This document shows positions 17,961 to 28,045 of a DNA stretch of 62,165 nucleotides, piece after piece. How positions within the stretch are numbered: position 1 is the first letter of the stretch; each line of letters opens with the position of its first letter. The DNA is from a virus (taxonomy: Duplodnaviria; Caudoviricetes): IMG/VR virus record IMGVR_UViG_3300002307_000058, positions 1-62,165 of that record; one strand, 5' to 3'. The position numbers and the translations under genes were made by a program. The notes below the pieces were generated by a model. The model was not told the origin of the DNA, made no database searches, and saw nothing but the letters and a program-made list of their open reading frames with translations.

Positions 17961-18851
17961 ATGACTGCCAATGTTTCCTTCAACCCGATTGTGACCACGA
18001 ACGCGGCGGGGACCTTCAACCTCTCCTCCTCGGGTTACATTTCCGGCACCGCCCTCAACGACCCCGCCGTTCGCAACCTTCTGGCGGGCGGCATTGTCGC
18101 CTCGACCGAAACCGTTCCCATGTGGGGCGGCATCGGCATTTCGGAAGTGTCTGTCCCGGTCGCGTCCTCGGGCAACTACCCAAGCTCCAGCCTCGGCGGC
18201 TACATCACCCGCGCCACCAACATCTCCACCGTTGGCGCGGCCTCCTCGCTGACCGGCTTCACCGTGTTTGATCAGGGCCACGCCATGATCAACACGCCGC
18301 AATCTCCGGTTCCGGTCGCTGGTTCCTATCAGACCATTGGCTTCTATCGTCTGGGCAGCAACGCCCGGATCGTCGTCCCCTGCGACCCGGCCCTGATCTC
18401 GCTGAACGGCACGATCGTCACCAACCGCGTCTCGTGGGACTTCGTGAACCAGCGTCTGGAGCCCTACATCGCCTCGGCTCTGACCATCTCGTCCGCGACC
18501 TATGTTTCCGGAACTGGCGTCGTCACCTTGACAATGGCCGCTCCCGTGACCTTCGGTCCGGGCGACGCTATCGTCGTTTCCGGCTTCACCGGCACAGATG
18601 CGGCCAGCGTCAACGGCACCTTCACCGCCCTGACCGCCTCCGGCACGTCTGTCACCTACGCCACGGCTACCGGCAAGAGCCCGGCCTTTACCGGCTCTCC
18701 GGTTCTGACCCTCGGCTCCGGTGCAGGCTCGGCTCTTCCGGTCCGCGTCCTCGACGTTCAAGCCTCCAATTCGATGGTCCCGTCCTACGACCCGACCACC
18801 GGCTTCGTGACTTGGAACCGTAACGGCTCCGTCGCCGTCATCCTCATCTAA
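17961..18851 (+). CDS. Capsid decoration/cement protein with an inserted beta domain
   Basis: Position before MCP; MWGG..ISE and YRLGSNARI motifs. Confidence 0.7.
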   Translation: MTANVSFNPIVTTNAAGTFNLSSSGYISGTALNDPAVRNLLAGGIVASTETVPMWGGIGISEVSVPVASSGNYPSSSLGGYITRATNISTVGAASSLTGFTVFDQGHAMINTPQSPVPVAGSYQTIGFYRLGSNARIVVPCDPALISLNGTIVTNRVSWDFVNQRLEPYIASALTISSATYVSGTGVVTLTMAAPVTFGPGDAIVVSGFTGTDAASVNGTFTALTASGTSVTYATATGKSPAFTGSPVLTLGSGAGSALPVRVLDVQASNSMVPSYDPTTGFVTWNRNGSVAVILI

Positions 18852-18882
18852 CGGCGCATCGCCACAAACAGGAGACTGAATC

Positions 18883-19905
18883 ATGGCGAACATCGCGCCG
18901 TCCTTCGCAATCGTCAATCCGAGCTACATCGACCCCGGCATCCTGCTTCCCTACACGCAAGCTTCCGGTGCGTTCGATCTGCTTCCCGAGGGCCAGCCCC
19001 TCCCGCGCCTGTCGGATGGCGATCTCTATGCCTACATCAAGACCATCGACGTCCGCTCCAAGGTCGCCGCCGGTCAGTCGGCCTACAACAGCCTGCCGTC
19101 GATCAGCACCACGCTGTCGATGATTTCGACCCCGTCCTACCTGTTGCGCGTGCGCGGCGAGTATGACCACCACGACACCGCCGCCATGGGCCGCTGGGGC
19201 GTCAACATCATTGACACCCAGCGTCTCGGCATGCGTCAGGGTCACTTCCAACTGGCGCGCACCGCGCTCCTGTATGGGATGAACCCGGCCAACGGCGAAG
19301 GGCTCGTCAACACCAGCGGCGCGACTGCGGTCAACCTGCCTGCGGACAGCAACGGCAACACCACCGTCGTCACCTACGACAACGGTCAGATGGCCACCTT
19401 CCTGCTGACCCAGATCTCGGCTCTGAAGACCCGCACCAACCAGCTTGGCATTGGTCGTAAGTTCACAATCCTCGGCCCCCAGCGCGTCCTTGGCGCTCTG
19501 GAATACCAGAACATCGTGCAACTGACCCAGTTCCAGCGCGCCGGGGCCGGTTCGACCTCGACCGCCGGAATGGTCAAGGACGTTCTTGAAATGAACGGGG
19601 ACGAGATCACGTGGGTCTACGACGACACCCTGATCGGCAAGGGCGCTGGCGGCACTGACGCCGTCATCATCAACATGCCGGAGGTGCAGAAGCCTCAAGG
19701 GTCGAAGATCAACACCAATGCCTTCGCCGCTCTGGCCCCCGGCATCGACGCTTGCTCTTTGATGTATTGCGATAAGTCCGCCCCAGTTGAAATCCCGACG
19801 CCTCTGCCGGGCGGCGCTATCGACGTGCTGTCCGAGTGGCGGATCACCTCCGGCTGGGGCGTCCGCCCCGAGTCGATCTCGATCCTGTCGATGCAATATC
19901 AGTAA
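18883..19905 (+). CDS. Major capsid protein
   Basis: 340 aa, AGGAG RBS, strong codon bias, ends TSGWGVRPE, followed by a hairpin. Confidence 0.85.
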   Translation: MANIAPSFAIVNPSYIDPGILLPYTQASGAFDLLPEGQPLPRLSDGDLYAYIKTIDVRSKVAAGQSAYNSLPSISTTLSMISTPSYLLRVRGEYDHHDTAAMGRWGVNIIDTQRLGMRQGHFQLARTALLYGMNPANGEGLVNTSGATAVNLPADSNGNTTVVTYDNGQMATFLLTQISALKTRTNQLGIGRKFTILGPQRVLGALEYQNIVQLTQFQRAGAGSTSTAGMVKDVLEMNGDEITWVYDDTLIGKGAGGTDAVIINMPEVQKPQGSKINTNAFAALAPGIDACSLMYCDKSAPVEIPTPLPGGAIDVLSEWRITSGWGVRPESISILSMQYQ

Positions 19906-19935
19906 GCGGGGCCGGGCGGCTTTGCTCTAGTGATA

Positions 19936-19967
19936 CCCGGATCCCCAATCGCGGGGATCCGGGATTT
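19936..19967 (+). terminator. Hairpin after capsid gene
   Basis: CCCGGATCCCC-N6-GGGGATCCGGG then ATTT. Confidence 0.55.
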
Positions 19968-19987
19968 ACCTTAAGGGAGAGACCCAT

Positions 19988-20461
19988 TTGAAGATGTTCA
20001 TCGCGAACTGCACCATGCAGGTCCAAGACTTCCAATACCGCACTCCAGAGTCCCAGAAGATCCGCCAGCAGATGATCCCCATCCTTGGGCAGGTCCAACT
20101 GAGCGGGGATCTTAATACGCCGGAGATCGACTTCATCGTCGAACAGCACGCGCCCTACGGCCTTGTTCATGTCAAGGACGTGGATCGCACCAAGCCTTTT
20201 GTGGGCACGTGCTACGACGTGGACAAGCGGATCGACGTTGAGAAGATCCGCGTCGCGCACGCCCACAATCAGGAAGTCCTGACCGAGCGCGGAAAGGAAA
20301 TCCGCAAGGAAGCCGCCGTCGTGATCAACGATTCTCTGGAGAAGGAAAGCAAGGATCTTTTGGGTCTGGAGCTTTCCATCGTCGAAGACACCAAGACCGG
20401 CAAGGACGTCGAAGTCAACGAGCGGATCAAGGTTGACCGCACGCACAAGGGCAAGAACTGA
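19988..20461 (+). CDS. Hypothetical head-completion region protein
   Basis: AAGGGAG RBS, TTG start, synteny. Confidence 0.7.
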   Translation: MKMFIANCTMQVQDFQYRTPESQKIRQQMIPILGQVQLSGDLNTPEIDFIVEQHAPYGLVHVKDVDRTKPFVGTCYDVDKRIDVEKIRVAHAHNQEVLTERGKEIRKEAAVVINDSLEKESKDLLGLELSIVEDTKTGKDVEVNERIKVDRTHKGKN

Positions 20462-20901
20462 TGGAGCCGACGCTGGCGGGATTCACGGCTTGGGTGCGGG
20501 GCGTCATGGGCGTCACCACGACCCAACTTCCGGACAACTCGCCAGCGTTGGGCTACGCTTTCGCCGTGGCCATGGAGATCGTCAACCTTCAACTCCAGTC
20601 GGCCAGCGCGCTCATCTACCAGCTTGCGGTCTACAGCCTCGGCGGCGACAACCTGATCAACTGGGCTCCTGACCAGCCCGGCTCTACCTTCTTCGCCGAC
20701 CTGCGCAAGAGTTTCGGCTGCAACTCGTTTGTCGGCGGCATCATCTCGTCCACCAGCGACGAGGGAACCAGCGAGTCCATTCAGGTCGTCAAGTCGCTTG
20801 AGAACCTCGTTCTGTCGGACTTGCAGTCCCTGAAGACGCCCTACGGTCGCCAGTATCTGGCCTTCGCCATGCGTGTCGGAACCCTCTGGGGGATCTCGTG
20901 A
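20461..20901 (+). CDS. Head-tail adaptor (DUF4054-like)
   Basis: GIISSTSDEGTS and KTPYGRQYL motifs. Confidence 0.75.
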   Translation: MEPTLAGFTAWVRGVMGVTTTQLPDNSPALGYAFAVAMEIVNLQLQSASALIYQLAVYSLGGDNLINWAPDQPGSTFFADLRKSFGCNSFVGGIISSTSDEGTSESIQVVKSLENLVLSDLQSLKTPYGRQYLAFAMRVGTLWGIS

Positions 20902-21347
20902 AGCTGTGCATGGGCGTCTATGATCTGCCTTACGCCCACGACAAGGACGGGAAAGGCACGGGCGACGTCGCCGAGATCCTCGAAGCCAAGTATCACCCCA
21001 TGGAACTCTACTGGGAGAGCCACGAAAACGAGATCGTGGGCCACATCACAGAGGCCATGGCGGGCGTTCTGGAGAGCGTCTTCATGGGCGCTCCGCCCCC
21101 GGAGGACCTGACGCAAGCCGTGCAGAGCGGCTGCTCGCAGATCGACGCGGGCTTCAAGATGTTCCTGTCCAGCCGGGAATTCGAGTATCAGGCGCGACTG
21201 GCCGGGAACATTCTTGACGTCCCGACCAAGGCCGCGCTGGCGGGCGTCAACCACCGCAAGAAGCTGAAGAAGGGCGCTCGCCGCCCGTCCCTGATCGACA
21301 CCGGTCTCTATGAGTCGTCGTTTGTCAGTTGGGTGGAGCGCGACTGA
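20898..21347 (+). CDS. Neck/tail completion protein
   Basis: RPSLIDTGLY motif; synteny. Confidence 0.7.
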   Translation: MKLCMGVYDLPYAHDKDGKGTGDVAEILEAKYHPMELYWESHENEIVGHITEAMAGVLESVFMGAPPPEDLTQAVQSGCSQIDAGFKMFLSSREFEYQARLAGNILDVPTKAALAGVNHRKKLKKGARRPSLIDTGLYESSFVSWVERD

Positions 21348-22339
21348 TGGCGAGCGTCAATGAGGCTGCGGGCGACCGCACAGAATTCGCCGCCGGGCTG
21401 AAGCTCGGCCTCGACACCCTGTCCAAACGTCAGGAGATCACGTTCACCAAATACGTGAAGATGATCCTGCCTCTTGATGGTTTCGTGTTCTGGGTCAAAG
21501 CCGACATCCTGTCACCCATCGGTATCAACGCAGCGGCGATCAACACCCAAGAGATCAACGCCACGCCCAAGGTCCAGAACCCGGCGAACACGATCAAGGC
21601 CATGGGCTCGCTGCACTATGCCACCGAAAACAATCAGGACGAGACCGAGGGCTTCGCCACCAACCGCGTGATCTTCACCTCGGAAGTGGACGTGGAGGAA
21701 CTGAACACCATCGCTCCCCGCGTCCTGTATGTCGGGGAGTTCGAGGGGCTGAAGTTCGCGTTTTCCATGCGCTCGTCGTTCTACCGGCAGGCGGACCTGT
21801 TCCACTATCAGGGCTTCGCTGTCTATCCGGCGCTTGCGACCCAGTTGATCGACACGCCCGTCGAGGCGATGAACCGGGACCTTGTGGTCAGCAACAGCCT
21901 GCCAATCTGGCTGACCCTGAACCAGCAATGCCCGATGTATCCGTCCTTTCTGATCGACGACAACATCAATCCGCCGTGGTGCGCAGTCCACATCGAACCG
22001 GGCATGACCAGTGGCCTCCAGTCCGCGCCCTTCATCGACAGCAACGGCTCACACTGGCAGCTTGCCACCGATCATGTTAGATTGACCTTCTACGGTTTGC
22101 GGAACGACGCGATCTTCGACTGGCTGGACTATGTGCTTCAGTTCTCTCTCTATTCGGAGGTCATGGGCGTCATGAACATCCCGGTTCCGAGAGACGACAA
22201 GCGCACGCAGGCCGAGCTTGGCGTTCTGGCCATTCGCAAGACCATTGAGTTCGACGTCAACTATTACCAAGCCCGCGTCCGAGACGCCGCCCTGACCTAC
22301 ATCAAGAGCGTTTTCCTCGATCTGATCGTCTCCTTTTAA
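21347..22339 (+). CDS. Head closure/tail terminator-like protein
   Basis: LPLDGFVFWV motif; synteny before sheath. Confidence 0.6.
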   Translation: MASVNEAAGDRTEFAAGLKLGLDTLSKRQEITFTKYVKMILPLDGFVFWVKADILSPIGINAAAINTQEINATPKVQNPANTIKAMGSLHYATENNQDETEGFATNRVIFTSEVDVEELNTIAPRVLYVGEFEGLKFAFSMRSSFYRQADLFHYQGFAVYPALATQLIDTPVEAMNRDLVVSNSLPIWLTLNQQCPMYPSFLIDDNINPPWCAVHIEPGMTSGLQSAPFIDSNGSHWQLATDHVRLTFYGLRNDAIFDWLDYVLQFSLYSEVMGVMNIPVPRDDKRTQAELGVLAIRKTIEFDVNYYQARVRDAALTYIKSVFLDLIVSF

Positions 22340-22357
22340 CCCGACAGGACCTCAATC

Positions 22358-22753
22358 ATGCCCCAGTCCCCCTTGAACTACACCGCCAAGAACGTTGCGG
22401 GCGCTCTTGCCCCGATGAGCCTCGACGCCACCGGAAAACTGCTGATGACGACGCAGGGCGGCACTGCCTCTTCGCTGAACATCACCGCTGCTGCGGTCGT
22501 GAAAGCAGGCGCGGGCCGGATCTCCAAGATCATCATCCTTGCGCCCGGCTCGACCTCCGGCACGTTCACCATCAACGATTCCGCGACCACGGGCGCAGCC
22601 GCAGCGGCCAACGCCGTTTGGACCCTGCCCTACAACGGCGCGGCCAACGTCGCAGGCGCGATCTTTGACGTCGACTGGCCCTGCGCGAACGGCATCGTCG
22701 TCTCGGCTGTCCCCGGTGGCGGCTCGCCCATTCTGGCGATCAGCTACACTTGA
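22358..22753 (+). CDS. Small virion structural protein
   Basis: Beta-rich A/G/T composition; AGGA RBS. Confidence 0.6.
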   Translation: MPQSPLNYTAKNVAGALAPMSLDATGKLLMTTQGGTASSLNITAAAVVKAGAGRISKIIILAPGSTSGTFTINDSATTGAAAAANAVWTLPYNGAANVAGAIFDVDWPCANGIVVSAVPGGGSPILAISYT

Positions 22754-22792
22754 TCCTGACGTCCCGCCCTCTCCACATCAAGGACAAGCCCC

Positions 22793-24169
22793 ATGGCTAA
22801 TCAAATCGTTACGGTCAACGTAACCCAGACCGTCGCAGCGGCTCCGAGCGCCCTGCTGCGGACGGGTGCGCTGATCACGCAGGGCGGGACGACGACGGCG
22901 TCTGGAACCCTGACTCTTTTGACGCAACTCTCGGACCTGACGCCCGTTCTGGCAACGACCAAGAGCATCTCGTCCATGTCTCTGTCGGGCGGTGTCGTGA
23001 CGGTCACGACCACTTCCCCTCACGGCTGGACCAATGCTGACGTGATCCCGGTCACGATTGCGGGCGTCACGCCGACCGCCTACAACGGCAACGTCACCGC
23101 AACCGTCACCGGCACCTCGACCTTCACCTATCCGCTGGGCGGCTCACCCGGCTCAGTGACCGTTCAGGGAACGGCCATTCTGGGCGCGGTCGCGGAACTG
23201 GTGTCGATGGCCACAACGTTCTTCGCCCAAGGCTCCAATGTCCCTGTCTATGTGCTTGAGCTTGGCGAGGGGATTGTCTCGGCTGGCGTCACGGCGCTGT
23301 CGTCCTTCATCACCGCCAATCCGGCGCTGATCTATTCGTATCTGGTTCCTCGCGAGTGGGACGCCGCCGCGTCTTTCCTGACCCTGCTGGGGGCGTTCAA
23401 CACCACCACGTCGAAGACCTATTTCCACATCACCACGACGCTCGGGACCTACTCGAACTACACAACCCTGATGAAGTGCGCCCTGACCACTGTTCAGGCT
23501 CCACTGGCTCCGGCGACAGAGTTCACAGCTGCGGCCCAGTTCTGGGTCACGCTGAACTACAACCCAAGCTCCACCAACCGCGTGACGCCGCTGGCGTTCT
23601 CCTATGTGCAGGCTGTCACCGCCTATCCGCAGAAGGGCAACGCCGCGACCTTGACGGCGCTGAAGGCTGCGAACGTCGGTTACATCGGCACCGGGGCCGA
23701 GGGCGGCATCAGCAACACCGTCCTGTTCTGGGGCCACACCATGGACGGGAACCCGTTCAATTATTGGTATTCGGTCGACTGGGCGCAGATCAACATCGGC
23801 CAAGCTCTGGCCAACGCCGTGATCAACGGGTCGAACAACTCGCTGAACCCGCTCTACTACAATCAGCAGGGGATCAATGTCCTTCAGGACGTCGCCACTG
23901 CTCAAGTTACCAACGCCGTGACCTACGGTCTGGCCAACGGCACGGTGACGCAGGTGGAATTGCCCGTCGCGGACTTCACGGCCAATCTTCAGGCGGGCCT
24001 CTACCTCGGGCAACTTGTGGTCAACGCCGAGCCGTTCCTGATCTACTCGGGCGAGAATCCGAACGACTACGCCATTGGCAAGTATGCGGGCCTCGCCTGC
24101 GTCTACACGCCGCTCCGTGGGTTTGAGCAGATCTTGTTCAATCTCAACGTCACCAACTTCATCGCTTAG
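22793..24169 (+). CDS. Tail sheath protein
   Basis: IVTVNVT start, YWYSVDW and PLYYNQQGI motifs; precedes tube. Confidence 0.85.
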   Translation: MANQIVTVNVTQTVAAAPSALLRTGALITQGGTTTASGTLTLLTQLSDLTPVLATTKSISSMSLSGGVVTVTTTSPHGWTNADVIPVTIAGVTPTAYNGNVTATVTGTSTFTYPLGGSPGSVTVQGTAILGAVAELVSMATTFFAQGSNVPVYVLELGEGIVSAGVTALSSFITANPALIYSYLVPREWDAAASFLTLLGAFNTTTSKTYFHITTTLGTYSNYTTLMKCALTTVQAPLAPATEFTAAAQFWVTLNYNPSSTNRVTPLAFSYVQAVTAYPQKGNAATLTALKAANVGYIGTGAEGGISNTVLFWGHTMDGNPFNYWYSVDWAQINIGQALANAVINGSNNSLNPLYYNQQGINVLQDVATAQVTNAVTYGLANGTVTQVELPVADFTANLQAGLYLGQLVVNAEPFLIYSGENPNDYAIGKYAGLACVYTPLRGFEQILFNLNVTNFIA

Positions 24170-24181
24170 GGGTCCTGAACC

Positions 24182-24625
24182 ATGGCATCGCCTCAGATCA
24201 TTCAGGGGACGCTGAACCGGCTTCGGGGCAGCATCACCTTCCCTCAGAACCCGAGCCTCAACATCACGGCATCGTTCCTCGGCGAGGAGGGCATCAACCT
24301 CACGCCCGAGGGTGAGATCGTCGAGAACTACGGCACCATGACCGGGACCGTGACCTCGCCCGCGCCCTACCAGATGGTCACGGTCGAAGTCGAACTGCTG
24401 AAGACCCAGTCCTTCGCCGACCGCTTCAAGCGCCAGCTTGAGACGCTGGCGACGGTTGGTCCTTTCGTGGTCCGCACCGACGCCTCGACCCTCAGCGCCT
24501 ACCAGATCCTGAACGGGTCGATCCATAGCGCCTCCCCCGGTCGCCTGAACGGGCGCAACGTCGGCTTCGTGGTCGGACTGCGGGGCTACTATCTGATCAA
24601 CTCGGCTCTGTATGGTGGCACTTGA
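24182..24625 (+). CDS. Tail tube protein
   Basis: 147 aa after sheath; TMTGTVTSP motif. Confidence 0.8.
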   Translation: MASPQIIQGTLNRLRGSITFPQNPSLNITASFLGEEGINLTPEGEIVENYGTMTGTVTSPAPYQMVTVEVELLKTQSFADRFKRQLETLATVGPFVVRTDASTLSAYQILNGSIHSASPGRLNGRNVGFVVGLRGYYLINSALYGGT

Positions 24626-25206
24626 AGATCGACCGCAAACTTAATCTTGTCCTGACGGTCGAGCGCGAGGACGGCGGGGAAGCCCACGTCCACGCAACGC
24701 CCATCGACATGGAGACGTTCGAGCGTTACTTCCTGACCATCAGCCAGACCTACTCGGAACTGCTGGCCCGTGGCGGGGAATACATGCTCCGGCAGGGCCC
24801 GCAGGTAGCCAAGTTCATGCTGCGTCGGGTGGCGGAGAAGGAAGGCAACTGGGACGGCCCGGAGGGCGTCGAGCGCGGCCTGATGGCCGAGATCCGGCGG
24901 CTGGCCAACGTCATGGTTCCGACCGAGACCGGCGGCTGGGAGATGGTTCCGCTTCAGGAGGCTCTGGACCGCAAATATTTCGAGCCGTCCGACGCGACCG
25001 AGGTCGAAAACGCGATAACTTTTTTTACTGTATGCTGGCATGCGATGCGGAGGCGGGACGCGACGGAAATGCTCCCGACTGTCTTTGGACTTCTCGGCGG
25101 GTCGATTACCTCCTCCGATGCTACCGCATTCCTTGGTTCTTTGCCGACGTCGAGAACGGGCGCGAATACTGGCGAGAAGGTGACAGCGTCGTCCATTCCG
25201 CGCTAG
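24622..25206 (+). CDS. Tail assembly chaperone
   Basis: Between tube and tape measure. Confidence 0.7.
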   Translation: MKIDRKLNLVLTVEREDGGEAHVHATPIDMETFERYFLTISQTYSELLARGGEYMLRQGPQVAKFMLRRVAEKEGNWDGPEGVERGLMAEIRRLANVMVPTETGGWEMVPLQEALDRKYFEPSDATEVENAITFFTVCWHAMRRRDATEMLPTVFGLLGGSITSSDATAFLGSLPTSRTGANTGEKVTASSIPR

Positions 25207-25334
25207 ACTGGCTTGGCGGGGAGGGCTTCTCGACCTTCTCCGAGATGGTTGACGAATTCAGTTTCGGGTCAGCGCTTGAGTTTCGGCAGCGTCACCTGAT
25301 TGCGGCTCTGGGAGGGCTCACCAAATGGCGATGA
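25032..25334 (+). CDS. Probable -1 frameshift extension of tail chaperone
   Basis: In -1 frame relative to the 24622 ORF; T7 run at 25020-25026. Confidence 0.45.
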   Translation: MLACDAEAGRDGNAPDCLWTSRRVDYLLRCYRIPWFFADVENGREYWREGDSVVHSALDWLGGEGFSTFSEMVDEFSFGSALEFRQRHLIAALGGLTKWR

Positions 25335-26995
25335 AGAAGCCCATTCTGGACATCGACATCAACGACGGCAAGTTCCGTGAGTTCCTCGCTCTTTTCTCCA
25401 AGTTCCAGAAGGCCCTCGGATCCATGCCGAAGGCGTGGGGCGCGACCAACGCCGCCATTGAGGACTCTGCCGGGTCGGCGACCAAGCTCACCGAGGAGAT
25501 GATCGAGCAGAAGCGCCTCTCCGAGGAGCTTGCCGAGATCGAGGACCGTGCCGCCAAGCGCCGCCGCAAGCTGCTGGACGACGAGCACGAGCGGCAGAAG
25601 AAGCGCCTCAACGAGATCAAGAACGCCACGCAGCAGGTCGCCTCCGGTCTGCTGGGGGCCGCTGGCAGCTTCACCAAGATGCTGGGCGTGGGCGGGATCC
25701 TGTCCGGCCTCGCCGGGGCGGGTGGGTTGTTCGGTTTCGACCGCATGGCGCATGGCGTGTCCGACGCCTACAGGACGTCCACGGGCTACGGTATGAGCCT
25801 GTCGAAGATGCAGGCGTTCGACGTCCAGTTCGGGGGCTTGAGCGACACGCACTCGCTGATGCAGGCGACGGCGCAGGCGCAGAACGACCCGAGCCAGAAC
25901 TACGCCTATGGTCGCCTTGGCATCAACCCGCGTGGGATGGCCAAGGACGAACTCATGATTCAGGTCATGAAGAAGACCGGCGAGCTATGGGAGGGCGTGG
26001 GCAAGAACAAGTTGCGCATGCAGGGCTACGGCCTTGAGGGCATTGGCGCAGGCAACTTCGAGGACTGGCAGAACTGGAGCGAGCGCAAGGGCGAGCTTAA
26101 CCAGCGCATCGCGGCTTATCGTGCAACGTCTGGCGCTGGCATCTCAAACTCGGCGGCGCAAGATTATGCGGAGTTGTCGCGCCAGCTTGAGGAGACGAGC
26201 TTCGTCCTGAAGTCCTCTTTCCTTCGAGTGCTGAAGGCAGCGGCTCCTGCCGTTAAGGATTTCTCCAAGTCCTTTGAGACGCTGGTCAAGAAGCTGTCCG
26301 ACAACGGGACTTTGTCGACTTGGGTCAAGCAACTTTCTGGCGGAATCGAGTGGCTGGCGAAAAAGATTGGCGACCCCAGTTTCCAGCAGTCCATTGCAGA
26401 CTTTGCAGGCAAGATGATCGACATCGTCGACAAACTGGAAAAGATTCTCGTCAAGATTTTTGGCTGGGTCTTTCCAGACGAGCAAGACCAAGGAGCGCGC
26501 AAGCCCGAGAGCGACCGTGACCGTCGCGCCGCTCAAAGCTGGGCCAAGAACAACCCCGGAAACGTCAAAGACAGGCAGGGCAATTTCCGCTCTTTTCACA
26601 CCGTCGACGAGGGCATCTGGGCGGCTGCGAACCAGTTTGACCGATATGCCAACGATCGCGCATGGAACAGCCTCGGGGCTGACCGAAACACAATCGCCAA
26701 GATGATTCGGACATATACTTCCGGGGAGGCCCCCGAGAAACAGAACGCCCACATTCTGGCGGTTTCCAAATATCTCCACACGGATCCGAACCAGCACCTT
26801 GATTTCTCGCATACAGCGCGAGGCCTATACAACCTTGCGCGGCTCGCCGAGGCCGAGATGAATCAGGTTGAGGGCTACAAGAAGACGAGTTCCGGACATG
26901 TGAATCAGGTGATCTTGGGACACATCAAGATCGAGGACCGGACAGGCGGCGGCGTCGCCATCACCGCCGGTCAAGCGGCAGCGGGCGCGCACTGA
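25325..26995 (+). CDS. Tape measure protein with C-terminal lysozyme-like domain
   Basis: Helical composition; NNPGNV...F.T.DEGI motif. Confidence 0.8.
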   Translation: MAMKKPILDIDINDGKFREFLALFSKFQKALGSMPKAWGATNAAIEDSAGSATKLTEEMIEQKRLSEELAEIEDRAAKRRRKLLDDEHERQKKRLNEIKNATQQVASGLLGAAGSFTKMLGVGGILSGLAGAGGLFGFDRMAHGVSDAYRTSTGYGMSLSKMQAFDVQFGGLSDTHSLMQATAQAQNDPSQNYAYGRLGINPRGMAKDELMIQVMKKTGELWEGVGKNKLRMQGYGLEGIGAGNFEDWQNWSERKGELNQRIAAYRATSGAGISNSAAQDYAELSRQLEETSFVLKSSFLRVLKAAAPAVKDFSKSFETLVKKLSDNGTLSTWVKQLSGGIEWLAKKIGDPSFQQSIADFAGKMIDIVDKLEKILVKIFGWVFPDEQDQGARKPESDRDRRAAQSWAKNNPGNVKDRQGNFRSFHTVDEGIWAAANQFDRYANDRAWNSLGADRNTIAKMIRTYTSGEAPEKQNAHILAVSKYLHTDPNQHLDFSHTARGLYNLARLAEAEMNQVEGYKKTSSGHVNQVILGHIKIEDRTGGGVAITAGQAAAGAH

Positions 26996-27774
26996 TGTCA
27001 CGCTCCGACTTCGCCCTGAGCTACACCAAGTCGCCGATCATCTTCTGCGACGGCATGGCCCAGAACGTGCCGGGCAAGAAGGTCCCGATTGTCGCCGTGA
27101 CGCAGTCGCTGGAGCAGTCGACGGGCTTTCTTCAGGCGCAGTTCGAGGCGCAGTATGCCGGTCTGGACAACTTTGACGCGGACTTCTACCCGCTCCCCGG
27201 CGGAACGCTGGCCGAATATCAGGTCGCGACCTATCCCTTCGCCAACCAGACCGTTGCGGGCAACTCGATCATCAGCCAACCTCTCCATATCTCTATGCTG
27301 ATGATCGCGCCCGCCAATTCGGTCGGGGCCTACAGCAAGAAGAGCGCCCTGTTCCAGTCGATCAAGTCCGCCGTGACCCTACACTCGCGCCTTGGCGGGA
27401 CTTACAACGTGGCCACTCCGGCCTACGTCTATACGAACTGCATCCTGACGAGCCTGCGGGACGTCTCTGACGGCGATCCGAAGCGTCCGCAAGAGAAGTG
27501 GCAGTGGGACTTCACGCAGCCTCTGCTGACGCTCCAGCAGGCGGCGCAGGCCTACAACGCCATGACCAGCCGCATGGACGGTGGCACGCAACTTCTCCCC
27601 GACGCATACGGCTACATCTCGGCTACGGGCGTTGCCGCCAACACAGGCGGCAACCCGACGGCCTCCACCAGCCAGTCCGTGATCGCCGGATCCAAGGGCA
27701 ACCTCGCTGCGTCCGTGGACGTGCTGAACTTCGACATTCAGTCCGGCGCTCGCGCAAACTTCGCGGGGGGCTAG
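26995..27774 (+). CDS. Baseplate/tube initiator protein
   Basis: Synteny after tape measure; YPFANQTVA motif. Confidence 0.65.
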   Translation: MSRSDFALSYTKSPIIFCDGMAQNVPGKKVPIVAVTQSLEQSTGFLQAQFEAQYAGLDNFDADFYPLPGGTLAEYQVATYPFANQTVAGNSIISQPLHISMLMIAPANSVGAYSKKSALFQSIKSAVTLHSRLGGTYNVATPAYVYTNCILTSLRDVSDGDPKRPQEKWQWDFTQPLLTLQQAAQAYNAMTSRMDGGTQLLPDAYGYISATGVAANTGGNPTASTSQSVIAGSKGNLAASVDVLNFDIQSGARANFAGG

Positions 27775-27777
27775 ACC

Positions 27778-28044
27778 ATGGCCACCGTCGTCCCGTTCGC
27801 CCCCACGCTGGCCCAGCCGTTCCAGTTCCAGCCGACACTGGACAATCAGGTCTACACCTGCGTCGTCCTGTGGAACGTCGCCGGGCAGCGTTACTATCTC
27901 AACTGCTACACGCTGGCCGGGACGCTGGTCTTCAGCCGCGCCATGGTCGGGTCTCCGCCGGACTACGACATCTCGCTCGCGGCGGGCTACTTCTCGACCG
28001 TCTTGGTCTATCGTCAGGCGAGCAACCAGTTCGAGGTCTTCTAG
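27778..28044 (+). CDS. Small baseplate protein
   Basis: WN..GQRYY motif; synteny. Confidence 0.65.
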   Translation: MATVVPFAPTLAQPFQFQPTLDNQVYTCVVLWNVAGQRYYLNCYTLAGTLVFSRAMVGSPPDYDISLAAGYFSTVLVYRQASNQFEVF

Positions 28045-28045
28045 G

